64,000 nucleotides of DNA from Rotaria socialis (Eukaryota), in NCBI GenBank assembly GCA_905331295.1, contig CAJNYD010000062.1:310001-374000 (forward strand), given 5' to 3'. How positions within the stretch are numbered: the first letter of the stretch is position 1; each line of letters begins with the position of its first letter. The translations under genes were made by a program, and so were the position numbers. The notes beneath the pieces are model-generated. The model did no database searches. It was not told the origin of the DNA and saw only the letters and a program-made list of their open reading frames with translations. Positions 12,992 through 26,619 of this stretch are shown here, one piece after another.

Positions 12992-15900
12992 TAGTTCTTG
13001 TTCTTATTTCTTCATTTAAATTTGATACTCTTATTCTTCTTGAAACCGGTGATGTAGACATTTGATTTTATCAAAAAAAATTCTGTCACTATAGATTGCT
13101 GTATCAGAAAGGTGAAAACAGAAATGGTAGTGTCTTAATGCTTATGAAAGAAGGTATTTCGATAATTAGAGTTCCCTGTAAGTTACCTAATGTTTGTGTA
13201 GTTGATGTTAAAGGTGAAGATGTTTTTAGATTAATAGGCGTATATGCGCCGGATAGTAAAACATGGTTATGGGATGATCTCTCCCATTTCTTATCAAAGA
13301 AATGTATTATTTATGGCGATTCTAATGTTAATACCATGCAGGATGGAAAAAAAGCTGAAATATTGTTTCAATGGGCTGACGATCAATTTCTAGCTCAAGC
13401 TCTACCGAACTCTTCAACTTCACTACGATCCAATAGAGTAATCGATGATGCATTTATTCGAGGTTTTAATATTGATATTCAAGTATATAATGGTAATACA
13501 ACTAGTGACCATCTTCCAATACTTTCAGTTATTCCTTTGAAAGTTTTACAACAAAAACTAGGAAAAAATACTCATTGGAAGGTTTTTACACTTTTTTCCG
13601 AATACACATTCTCCTTTTGGGAAGAGAATTGAAATCTCTCTTCTATTGACATAACATATAATGATTACATCCGTTTTTTACATCTTTTGTCTGCTCGTTG
13701 TTCAACCTTTTTTTACTTAGACACCCATCGTTCAGCATTACCTGTTGAGCTAAGATCGTTCTTATCCTATATTAGAGCTTTGTATTTTAGACAAATAAGA
13801 ACGCAATGTAACATACTAAAAAAGGAGATATGTTTCCTAAAAAGGATTGCTAAAAAGAACTTAATCTTTTTTTTCTTCTCAACTTGATAATCTTCTTTGT
13901 CATCGTAATTCTTCCTCCTCGTCATCTAACTCATTTTGGTATAGAAGTAAACTTTTCCTCAAACCATCACCTTCCTCTCTGCATGCGTTTCTGGATTCAT
14001 CAGGTCAAATAGTCAAAGAAAGTGATCTTATGTGCAATATAGCAGCTGATTATTATGAAGAATTTTTTAAAGCATCAAATATTGTTAGACCTCATCCATA
14101 TACTGATTCACCTGCAATTGAATGTGATAATATTAACGAAGTTATTCCTGAAGTAAAACTTGATGAACTTATAAATACAGTTCTAGCTAAAAAGAAAAAA
14201 ATCTCTAGATGCTCATGGTATTTCGAATTATATATTTAATTTTCTTGATGTTAATTATTGGTCTTTATTGTTAAAACTTTACAATCATTCTTTTCAAAAG
14301 TCAGTTTTACCTTCTGCTTGGAAAGATACTCGAATGATCTTATTAGCAAAAAAGTATTCCATTTGTCTACCGTCTTTAACTCGTCCTATTTCACTTCTTG
14401 ATTCATTTCAGAAAATAGGTGAGAAACTATTTCTCACTCGATTTCGTGATCTTTTATATAGAAGAGGTCTTTTACCGGACAGTCAATCAGGTTTTAGAGA
14501 ACGTTTTCGTTTACAAACACGTTTACTTCTTTTTCTTGAAGATATATATAGTCTTATGTCAAATAGTGCTCCAGTTTGTACGATGTTTGTAGATTTTCGC
14601 GCTGCATTTGATCAACTGTGGTTTCTAGGTTGCATTGGAAAGCTACGTAACTTAGGTATTCCTTCATCTTTTCTAAATTGGATCGAAGTATGGCTAAATA
14701 ACAGATGTTGCTTTTTAGAAATCAATGGCAGCAAATCTCGCCGGTTCTCTATTGAAAAAGGTGGTCCATAACCCAGGTCAATGATTCCGGAGGACGGATA
14801 CTGTAGGAACCGGCCGGAAAGATGCGGAAAAATCACCGTATCTGGCCGGAAAGCATGGGAAAGCACTGGAAACTGGAAGCAGTATTCCAGTTGGAAGTTA
14901 CCGGATTTTTTTCCTGTGGATTCCGGTCAGTTTCCTGTGTTTTCCGGTCAGTTTTCTGTGTTTTACATCTGGAAGTTGATCGGAATCTACAGGAAGAAAA
15001 TCCGNTTCCCATGCTTTCCGGCCGTTTCCCGCCGTACGTCCACGACCTGGGAAGGAAGTGTTCTTACTCCAACATTATTCATCACATATAATTGTGATAT
15101 GTGTAGTTCTCTATCTGGTTGTATAAATCACTTCTTTGCTGATGATTTAGCCGGAATTATGGCCGGTCAATTAGGAATAAATTCTTCTTCTCAATGTCTT
15201 GATTTGGAAAAAAGAATCAAAGTTTTTCTTGATAATCTTGATTACTATTCTTGTTTATCTGATCATCCCATAAATTTCAATAAAACTGAAGCTATGTTTA
15301 GTGCGCGTGCCATTGGTCATCCTAAATTTGTCATTAATTTTCGTCAAGATACAATGGATATAATTGAATGGACCTCAGAATATAAGTACCTTGGTTATAT
15401 AATTTCACCAAAATTAGGTTGGGGTAAATTCTTAAAATATATGATGACTAAAATTAGACAAAGAATTTCGTTAATTAAATCCTTTATAATCTTTGGTTGT
15501 TCTTCTTCATATCTTCATAAAACTCTCTTTCTGTCTCATGTATTACCTATTTTTACCTGGATTTATCCGATTTACCCTCTTCTTTCTGAAAATCAGCAAA
15601 ATGATTTGTCCCATTTTTATTATACTTCACTTAGGCGCGTATTGCATTGTCTAAATTGGAATGAAAATTTCTTTGCATTTGCTCTGGATGAGAAGTCCCT
15701 TGAAGACAGATGTCATTCATATTGGGGGAAATACCTTGCAGCTCTAGCAGACTCGATTGATGGTGAATTGTTGTTTGAAAAAGCTAATTTGAATGTATTC
15801 AGACAGATCTGGATTGATAAACAATTTTCAATTAAATGTCTACGAACATCTAAAAGATTCATTCCTCACCATTTAATTATAGAAAAAATTGTTGGGTGGA

Positions 15901-16149
15901 TGGCTCCTATTCCTTATCGTTCATCCGTACCTGTTTATGAGATTGATGAAATCCAACTCCTCGAGGATTTTCCAGAATCTTTTGATTCTATATGATCTTT
16001 TTTCTGTGTAGGCCTAACTTTTTTATACAACCTGTTTTTATGATTTTCTTTTTTTCTGTTGTTCTTGTTTTGTCTCTTCTTCCTTACTTTACTTATATGT
16101 ACTGATAGGATCTTAGGGTCACAGTTATTTCTGCATGAATAAATAAAAA
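12992..16149 (+). mobile_element. 5'-truncated, degenerate non-LTR retrotransposon (LINE) with APE endonuclease and reverse transcriptase
   Basis: APE motifs (IGVYAP, IYGD.N, SDHLP) and RT motifs (RPISLLD, QSGFR, FVDFRAAFD, GGP[Q]GSVLTPTLF, FADD, YKYLG) split by stops and frameshifts. 3' AATAAA and short A tail. 14-bp TSD AATATGTTCACAAT at 12978-12991 and 16150-16163. Confidence 0.95.
14772..15051. mobile_element. CACTA/EnSpm-like MITE nested in the LINE RT domain
   Basis: TIR CCCAGGTC / GACCTGGG, 2-bp TSD AA, inverted subterminal repeat GGCCGGAAAGCATGGGAA. Removing it rejoins ggt-ggt-cca-(t)aa-gga-agt-gtt (RT GGPQGSV). Contains an N at 15005. Confidence 0.85.
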
Positions 16150-17216
16150 AATATGTTCACAATAGTATTGTCTTTCGAATCAATATTGTTTATCGTCGAA
16201 AACTAATTTTGTGTTTGCTTTGAGTGATAAAAGAAAAGCGTAGTCTAACTAAGTTTCATTGTTCTCATAGTCCTTATAGTATATGTACTATGGCTAGAAG
16301 TTGTATGCTTTTTTTACATAGTAAATGCAATTCAATATTTTTATTCACGTTTGCTGATATTTGCGATAACAAGACATTTTAAAAAGACTTCAAATATAGG
16401 TTGCGTGTCAAAATGAGAAACATAATCTCTGCTATAAATCTTTTAACAAAAAGATAAGTACATTTTTCCATGTTTTAAATTCATTAATCTGGATCAATAA
16501 ATTGATTTCATAATCAAATTTAGAATAGAACCTATATAAATCTTTTTCTGGTCTGAGCCATTCTATATAGAACTATTGGAAAGTAATTTTATTCCAAGCT
16601 CATCTCAATTATTAACCTTTTGATGAGTTCAAATCTTGAACAAAATTATAGCAGTGGTCGATTTAGTTTAACGACATGTGAACATTGTTGTCTACTAACG
16701 AACGAAGAACAATTAATTATGAATTCGTAATATATCTTTGTTTGATTATTAAGATTTATCGAAAGGAATTCAATCCGAAAAAGTTATACAAAGGAAATTT
16801 ATGAAGGACAAAAAGAAAACAGATTAATGAGTTTCTAAAACTCTGCATAGAATTCATCTCTGTAAGTCATAAATAGTGGAAGTTTTTTTAAAATTTTTCT
16901 TCCTATCTTTTACTGATTCAATAATCATATTAGTACTCAACTAAGAACTCAACAGATCGAGCGGAACCGACGGAAAACTCGACGAAACACTGGAATACTA
17001 GAAATAGTAAGTATAAAACACATATATCGTAATTCGTGAGTTGCTCTGCTGAAGTTTCTTTTCAGTTGTTTCATTTCATCCATAATATCAACGAACAAAT
17101 ATCCAACTATAACAAGTGAAAAGTACTTTCAGATATAATCTACATTATCATTTTATTAAAGAAAAACCAGAAAAAGGATTTAAAAGGAAAACAACAATTT
17201 ATAAAAATTGCATGTA

Positions 17217-19763
17217 TCACACGCTGAGTTCAGCTATTGAAACAAGACATTTGGCTCGTTTATTCATTTCATTAACAAATATATCAAAAGGCATAATTGT
17301 TTGTATTAAATAATTTTGTTCATCATTTTCTACAAAACGATTTAAAGAATATTCAATAGGTGACGCAATTTTCCATGAGCGTAAACATGGATAATGTTCA
17401 CCAATAAATGTAGCTGCGGCTAATTGTGTTGTTAGAGAATTCGGTCCACGTACACTTAAACATTTTAATGATGATACACGTTGACAACAAGCTATTAATT
17501 CTAAATAGTCATTTGATGAGAAACGATTGTAATCAAGTTCTAATACAACAAGTCGTTTTTGTTTCATTATAGCAAGTAATAATGTACGCATAAAACGATT
17601 TAAACGATTTGTACCTAAATCTAAGTGTAAAAATTGATGTCGTGTAGTCATTTGACATAAAGTAATTAGGTCATTTTCAGATAACGAACAAAAATCAAGA
17701 TTTAATGCATCTAATGAATGTTCAATAGAATTTAATATAGTTTCAAGACCATTTGTTACTGGTGAACCACTTAATGAAAGAGTTTTTAAATATTTTAATT
17801 GTGATAGGACAAGACAAAACTGTTCTAAATCATCGTGATTAAGACGAAAATCAATAAAATTACACGATAAATCTAACGTATGTAATTTTGTTAAACTTGG
17901 CAATCGTGGAAGAAAATATTTTAAATTCTGTCGTGTTAATACATTATAAGGAACACGGAGTGTATGAACAAACTAGAAAAAAAAGAAACAATTCTATTGA
18001 ATTAATTAAGAAGAAATAACAGCGCGAACAATTATTTACTCGTTTATCAACATGATCAAGAAAACTGGTAACCAACGCTAAACCAATACAACGTATATCA
18101 ATGGTACATATTTGTAATTGAATATTGGGCGTTGATGTACGTAGAGCTGATAGAAGTTCAACATATGTTCGATAATCTTGAACAATACAGTCAAAACGAA
18201 TAATAATTATATCATCGGGATATGAACTTGTTTTGATGAGATCATCAGTATTGCCATTTGAATTTACTAATTGAATATCTATACGAAAGAGTTGACTAAG
18301 AAATTTATTCTTGTAATCGAATCCAACTTCGTATGTGTATTTCATATTTTTTTTAAAGTGCACACGCTGTTAACAATCATTGGGAAAGTTTTTTTTGTTA
18401 TTCTTGTACTTAATCTTCGAAGAATAGAATGCAAAATTCATTCATAGATCAATAGAGAAATCCAATTAAGTTATGGTCTTTGATTGTATATGAATACTTT
18501 CGGTCACAGCCCATGGATGCAAGAACTGAAGCATAGCATACATGAGGTATCTATTATTGTCTGCAACGAGGGAAAGATGATTTTACTAGTAAAATCTTGT
18601 CATGCCTCTGAAGAACTGTTTCTAATGTATTCTTTTATTCTGTTTGTCATAAACTGTGACATATTTAGGAGTTAGCCTTTCGTATATCCTGAAGCGGGAA
18701 GAGATGATGATAGTTACGAATTTCTACTCCATTTACTTCAATATTCCTGTTCAATTCATCGATTATATTTCCATAGTAACAGAAGACAACATGCATCAAA
18801 CTTCTCTCCGGCAGAATAGCGTAACAACGGAAAAATTCTTAACAGACATTAGAAAATGTATGAATTATATTCAAAATTGAAATCACATATTATTGTTAAA
18901 TTAGAATAGTGGCATAAAACAAGTCGTGTCTCTGACTATCGATCATCATGAGAAAAAAACATACTCTAATTGATGTTACTTATTCAAATTTTTCGTTATC
19001 AGTAAAATGAGGTTGCTGAACATAAAATTTTCACATTTTAGCCTTCAACAAACTCTTGGATAAGTCGGTTTTGTTTTATTTTACCTGTACACAGTTTTAT
19101 TTCATCGTCATTACTATTCTGATCGTCACATTTTAGAACAGGTAATAAATGTCGATGTTGTTGATGATAAATATCAATTAATTGATTTCGTTTCGATTCT
19201 TTTTCTGCCAAACGACAATGTGTAGAAATATATCTCAATATTAATTCTACAACAGGAAAATTTGTCACATCAAGTATACGTAAATTGGATTGTTTCGTTT
19301 TATTTGTTTGTTGTTGTCTTATTGAATCAATAAAACGTGGAATTAAAATAACTGAATATTTAATAGCTTGTTTAGTTCTTTGTAAAGCAGTTTTATCACA
19401 CAATAACATTTTCAATGATGTTAATTTTTTTTGAACAAAATTTCCTAAACGAAATATTCTGTATGGCCATCTTGCTATTAAAATATTTATACATGAATCA
19501 TCTTGACTACAATTTAATGCAGCACGAAATAATGGATAAAATAATTCTTTCGGTATTATGCCGCATGCATATTCAGTTAAAGATTCATTTTGTACAATTA
19601 ATGAACAACATAAATCAGATAATTTTGATACTTGAGCTTTATCGTCGCGTATGTTATTAGTATTATCTTCATCATCATCATAATTTATTTGAAAAGAAAC
19701 TCCATTACGAAAAAATAAATACGAAAAATCATTCGAAACTGAATTTGATTGTTGATCAGACAT
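17217..19763 (-). CDS. LRRC14: LRRC14/PRAME-family leucine-rich repeat protein (3 exons: ~19763-19085, 18278-18040, 17972-17217)
   Basis: N-terminal IPKELFYPLFRAAL...ARWPYRIFRLG resembles the PRAME LP.ELFPPLF..AF...AWPF..L.LG motif. LRILDVT segment and C-terminal LRRs (LHTLDLSCN, LKTLSLSGS, LHLDLGTN, LELDYN). Confidence 0.75.
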
Positions 19764-22700
19764 TACGTTGTTTTTTATTTCATATAAATTAAACTAGAAA
19801 CAAACGTAGTATATTCATTCATTCATTCATTCATATAGGATTGAGTCCAAAAAAATCCATAATTTGTTCTGTGACCTCATGCTTGTCGATAGCGATTGGT
19901 GAGAGGACAATAAACGATTGGAATGGCTACATTTCGAGTGTTTTTATTATAGATAGAATATATCTATAGTTATTTTCGATATAAATTTATAGATACGTTG
20001 CTACGTAATCTCAGGAAAATTTAGTCAACTGATGTATTATGATTCTATGATTGCAATTTGCAAACATTCCTATTTTATGGATGTACGTATAACTATATTA
20101 TGCATGTGTATAAACAAATTGAAGATAGTTGACTCGTCTATGTAAACGTGAATGGGATGATAACTAACTTTTGTTTTTCTCCTTCTTTTTGAGAACCAAA
20201 CCGATCACCGCAATACAAAACTTTACTACTATGTGTGGGTAGAACAGATCTCAAAATATATCGTTATAAAAAAAAAATTTATATAGGTTTAGATTTTTTA
20301 ATTTAATACTGATCATATTAGTTGAATGATAAAAAATAAACGACGATCTAATTCATGCACTTTCTTCTAAGATCAATTCATACTTTATTATTTTATGTAA
20401 TACAATTCTGATTGAATATGAAGAATCTATTCAATGGAGCTAACTTTTTCTATTAGTTTAGTTTGCTTTTGTTCTAAGCCTGAAAAAAAAACTTCATAAT
20501 AATAAATCTTTTAATTATTTTCTTCTTAGGATTTCCACGAAATACGAGATCATTGGTGATAAAAGAAGATTTAATATAAATAATTGATAGATTAGCTGGG
20601 AGAAGATTTTAATATTTTTTTTGATACATGATTTTAAAACAAAAATTGGCGATGCATGATGAATTTTGAAATCTCATTTAAGTTTAATATCATAAAAAGT
20701 AGTGTCTCTTGTTTTGTTCAATGGAAGCTACCTCAACAATTTTTAGTATTCATGAATAAATACATACATTTTTTTCATTTCAATCTTGTCAATATTCACT
20801 AGTTTCTTTTTAAATTTTTTTTGTTTGTAACTATAACTTACTTTCTTGGATTTTTGATTAAATCAAGTCTTATCTATTCAATAAGATTTCCATTTTCGTT
20901 TGAGTCTCATAAGTTACGATTCATTTTCCATTTTCTAGGAATTGAATCTTATACACCTACTATCTATTGCGACTGTAAGAATATTATTATTGTTGTCAGT
21001 AGATTTTATTTAACTTCTATTTCAATTTAGTTATCAAGCTATATAATCTTCATTTTCTTCTGAAAATTTTTGCGAGATATTTATCCAATACATCTATTCT
21101 CATTTGGTTTAGGACACTTTCATCGAGCTTGTACGCGCTGTTTAAAGCTAATCTGATATGGAACTATTTAAAAACCGAAATATTTCTATGTAATTATAAC
21201 TATGGTACAAATATCTGCATTTTAGATTCCGATGAACCTCGTACGGCAACTATGAAACGTGTGATTGGATAATTGAAACACATTTGGAAAAAAACAAATA
21301 TTCAAATAGTTAATTTATTAATTGAAATGAGTCGATTAAAACATAAATGTCATTGGTGTGATTGATTTCCATGATATTGTGAATGTCAATATAACTGATC
21401 TCAAATTTGCATGTTAGTGTGCACAATCGGCTAAATTGAATGAAGATTTATAGCAAGAAAAATTCACTCTAATTACTATTATTCAGATTGTTGAGGTATG
21501 TGAGAATTTCAATTTGTAGATCGTTTTCGCTTCAATGAATATATTTATCTATGCTTCTTTCGATAAAATTCAATATAGGTCGTATCGAAATCGATATTAT
21601 GAAAGAAAGACAATATATCAAGATGAAACATGTATATATATGCGCGACGAAACACTTAAAGAATAAAAATACTTTTCGACAAAAATTTCTTCATCGATCG
21701 AGTCTACAGAGAATCGATATAAACTATATTGGTTCGTACACTTTGTTGCTTTCTTTATCATTGCTAGCTATTTTACTGAGTTGCTGACTTCGTACAAAGT
21801 ACAAAATTTTAAAAAAGAAAGTTACGATCCGCATTTTGTACATAATGAGATTCTCTTTTATATCCTGAAAATAGCAGCTTGAACAAATGCCTTCAGTTTA
21901 GAAAATATTCATTGTTAAACAGAAACCAGTCTAAATGCAATGCACCGTTTGCAGAGAAGTCGAACGCATAGGCACGTCTTAGTGACATAAAATAAAGTGT
22001 TACAGTGACCTTTTTACTGCAAAAATCTGTAGACAAATAGACAAAAAGAATATTCTTTTATTCATACATCAAATTTTCCATACTTATAATGTTTGTAACG
22101 AACATGTTGCAACATTTCAATTTGGCATTCAATATTTTGAAGTAGAAGTGCCATTTGTAGCTGAGACATGCAAACTATTTCAAGAGTCATAAGATCTATC
22201 TATGAACTGAGATTTCGATAGTAAACTTAGTGATATGATAATAACTTGCCTTTAGAGAGCTATCGATATCAACTCTTTTACTAGGTTCACCGCGACTTTC
22301 CTATAGGCATTATATGAAGTCAAAGAGCGAGTTACAATTTGAATATTTCATTCATAATTGAAACTTTCCATGTAAATGCGAATTTATTATGGCATAACTT
22401 GGATCTAGTTGACAGCTCAGTAAAATGTTCAGGTCTCGAAAAGAAAGCAATAAATACATAAATCATGATAGTTTTTGCCACGTCCGAATAGACTAACTAA
22501 TGAGAAAAGTCTCATCTAAAAAGATTTCAAATCTCCTGAAGAGATACCAATTAAAGAATCGGAGCAAAGTTGATTGCGGGCATTCCTATCAGATAAAGTA
22601 CTTTCTTCGAAGGAGTTTCGGCCTAAATACGCAACTGCATAATGATGACAAAACAGTCTTTCGCAGCATTCACTTTGATGAATTTATATTTAATTTAAAT

Positions 22701-23392
22701 GATCAGTTAATTTTCAAAACCATTAGATCTAGTATTCTATATATTTAATTGTTAGCATACAATATCGTTTTCTAGATTTTAATATTTTCGCTTCATATTT
22801 TCTACGCACTCACTTAATACCTAATTTTCATGCTATATCTATATCTATATATATATATATCGATATATGAATGAATATAAAAGATAAAAAATGACTTTCT
22901 ATTTATTAGTCAATATTAAATCGGATACATTTTTTATCATTATCTTCTAGCTTGTGCGATCTTCGCGTTTGCGTTTCATGACGAATTAAATACGCAAATA
23001 TGTTCGTTTCTTCTTCGCATTGATCTAACAGTTTATTGCGTATTTCATCTACGATCGGACGATGACGAATAATTATGCGCAATTAACGCCGAATCGATTA
23101 ATCTGAAAGAATCCGTTTATTGATTCTCACAGAACGTAACACTATGTATCTGTAATTTTTTATTTTCTGTTTTTTTATGTATATTTGTTTTGTAATTTTG
23201 TTTTGTTTTGTTTTTGTTGTGATCTTTCTTCTGATCGTTTCGATGCCAACGTTGTGACTGATTTAAAGATAGAAAACCCGACGATCAAGATAATTGAATT
23301 GCGTTTATATTTTTTAAGCGAAAATATTTTTCTATTGAAATGCATCCACATATATTTTTTTTATTTTGAAAATGCAGATACGAACATAAAAA

Positions 23393-24718
23393 ATGAATGA
23401 ACCAACTAAAATAGTGAAAACAAAATTATTTATTGGTAATCTAGATCCAGCAACACAGCCAGGTACACTATCAATAGAATATGTTTTATTTTGATGAATT
23501 ATGTGTTTAAGTAGATGAATTGAATGATTTATTTTCAACTTTCGGTAGTATTCTTGAGGCATCGGTGATTAAAGATTATGGATTTGTGGTAAGAATATAT
23601 ATAATTTATCATATGCGTTGTCTGATGTGTTTGTTCAATATGATGTAGCATTATGGTTCAATAGAAGAAGCGGAAAAAGCAGTACTTGCATTAAATAATA
23701 AAGAATTTCATGGGAAACGATTACGTGTTGAAGTAAATGATAGCTAAGGCACTACAAAAATTCTTTTTAATCACATTTTCTCCTATTAGCTTTCAACGAG
23801 CACAGTGCGGCATCGACCTGGTCAACCGGAGCCTGCTAGTGCTTTAAGACAGTATGGTTGTTTCATTTTTGCATCTTACTAATAGGCTAATGTATTTTCT
23901 CTAGTTCTCGTGCACGTGTTCCAACTAGAAGTAATAACAATGGTGTGCATCGATATAGTTCAAATGCATCAGTTGATGGTGTTGGCCCAATACGTCATAA
24001 TAATAACTCAGCTTGGACTCGTCAGCATATTCGTCCTTATGCTAGTGTTCCAATTGATCGTGGCATTTATGATCGCCCTCGTTCATATAATGTACGACTG
24101 GATCCTCGCCGCTATTACGAAGATGAACATGATAATAGTTATGATCGTGGATATGATGCATCAAGGTATGATAGTAGCATACCTATTGGGCCGTCAGATG
24201 CACAATCTTATCGTGATTTACCTCCGCATGTTCGAGTAGATGATTATGGCCCAAGCCGGTTAGCAAAAACATTATTCTGAAGATACATATTTTCATTTTT
24301 GTTTTATAGATCCTACGATCGTCATCTAAGCGCACCAGCAATTGATCCATATTATGGTGGTGGAGTATCTCAAGTGCCTTCACCTGCAGTAGATCCATAT
24401 CATAACTATGATCTTTATGAAAAATTTTATGCTAGTCGACCACGTGATCCGGAATTTCCCGTTCAACGGTTAGTTTTTCAACATAGTTTGGAGAAAGAAA
24501 ACATTTTATTTTTCTTCTTTTCTAGTGCCTATAATCTTTATTCTAATTATTGTAATGATCCATATACAACCGCTAGTAGTCATGGATCACTTCGACATGA
24601 TTTACCAGTCGGTTTACAACAACCACAAGGACTGTACCCACCATCTCATCGGCAACATCAATCATACACAAGTGCATCATATAATTCTGCTCAATATTAT
24701 GGTGCACAACAACATTAA
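23393..24718 (+). CDS. RRM RNA-binding protein, RBM4/lark-like, with Tyr/Asp/Arg/Pro-rich low-complexity C-terminus (multi-exon)
   Basis: Spliced N-terminus MNEPTKIVKTKLFIGNL...FGSILEASVIKDYGFVHY...AVLALNNKEFHGKRLRVELST. RNP2 (KLFIGNL) and RNP1 (KDYGFVH) are typical of RBM4/lark. Confidence 0.8.
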
Positions 24719-24901
24719 TCTCTAATCATATAATTAAATTACTTTAATGTGTATATGTAAACTGATTACCATTGTTTTGTTTCTTATGTGTATTGAAAGA
24801 AGAAAAGACCTTTAGTTTGTACAAAGTGTTCTGTTTAACTGATATGTTTTCTCTCTTTCTCTATACATATATATATATATATATCTCCATGTTTATATTA
24901 G

Positions 24902-26169
24902 ATGACAGATAATAAGCGATTTCAGAGTCGAATTCTATTGATTGATAAAAATGGTGATAGAATATATCCAGAATTTATTACAGTAAGTTTAAACAAGATT
25001 AAAAATAAATTTATTCGTTTTTCAATAGCCTTTAGTTCACCAATTGAAACCAACTAGTGAATATGCTAATGTGGATATTTGTTTTGAAAATAATCAATTA
25101 ACTATCCAACGTAATGATCAATCAATAGTTTTATTTCGAGTATGTTTCTTTTTGAATTTTTTCAAAACAGGATCTCAGCAGATTTTTGTGGTATAAGTAT
25201 AATAACTTGCACATTTCACAAATTTTGACATAAATCACATAGGTTTATATCAACAATGTTCTATTGTAATATATGAAAGAATTTCTTATTGCATTTTCTG
25301 TATAAATATGTCTCATACCTTATATTTTAATTTCGTTGAAATTACGATAACTGTTTTTCTATATCATTTGAAATTGAACATATTTGTTTTCTTTTTATTG
25401 TTTAGCGTCCATCTTATTGCCCATTTACGAATCTTCATTTACAAAATAACTCGTCAAACATACCAAATAATCCATCGAATTCCATTGCAATCGGCGTAGT
25501 TGTATTATTTGAATCTCATGATCATCGTGTTTTGATAACAAGACGAGCAAGTCATATGCGGACATATCCGTCATGTTGGGTATGTCCTGGTGGTGGTATT
25601 GAACAGGACGAAACAGTAAATATATCTTATTATTTTTATATTGACGTTAAATAGATCAACGTAGATTGAACAAGCAGGTATTCGTGAATTATTTGAAGAA
25701 GTAGGCATCGAAGTAAATAAAAATGAACTGGAAACATCGAAAATTTTAGCTTTATGGGAGGTAAATATAAGAATTGATCTTTTTTTCTAACTATAAAATT
25801 GTTTTCTAGTCAGCATTTCCAGTTGATCTCAATCATGGCTTACCACGTCGTCATCATATTGTTATTTATTTACATGTAGAATCATCGAGAGCAAGTGATG
25901 AAATATCGGTTAAAACCGACCCTAGCGAAGTCGATGCTTATGCATGGCTTTCGTATGAACAAATAGAGAATATTTATAAAAGAACTGATTCATTAGAAAA
26001 CTTATGTCTATTTAAAGCATATGTTCATCTAACAGGCATATGTGATTTACCATTCGATTTACTCACGACAGCTGATTATAATCAAAAGGAAAATTTAACT
26101 AACGGTACACGTTTTGCACTTGGACAATTGTATATTCAGAAGTCAGAAACAAACTTTGTTATTCGATGA
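24902..26169 (+). CDS. NUDT17: Nudix hydrolase 17-like (multi-exon)
   Basis: RPSYCPF, VLITRRASHMRTYPSCWVCPGGGIEQDETIEQAGIRELFEEVGI (Nudix box), and LWESAFP...GLPRRHHIVIY. Confidence 0.88.
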
Positions 26170-26619
26170 AAATAAATATATTATTTCTATCATTAAGAAA
26201 TATAGATGAGTTTATGAATGACATTATATAAGTGTTGATAACTAATGACTGAGAAGCGAACAGCATCTATCATTATTTATTTTTCTTTCCAGTTTAGTAT
26301 GAAATACATTTTGACCTTCGTACTAGATGTATGTCGCTATAAAATATCTTTAAACAAGTATTTCAGAAGGCATGTTCCCTTCAGATTTCGGTGTGAATAG
26401 ATGCATATTGTTATATTATCGGTATTAAATATCTTTCAATTTCAAAAAAGTGTTTATTTTCATTGTAGATTAATATTCGATAAAACATTCCTTTTCTTTT
26501 GTTGTTATTAATTGATATTTCTTCAACGATGGTTACATATTCAGGCGAGTAAGGTCTAGTCTCACGTTTCTTTTCCCAATGGCAAGCTAACATTGATTTA
26601 TTTCATTTTCAGTTTTTTT

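Noticed and set aside
14781..15995. 404-aa ORF as an intact RT gene with a novel N-terminus
   Set aside because: The first ~90 codons come from the inserted MITE (including an N); the rest is the C-terminal part of a broken LINE ORF2.
20650..21170. Minus-strand purine-rich stretch resembling a decayed coding or transposon relic
   Set aside because: Many stops, and no motif, TIR or TSD that I could identify.
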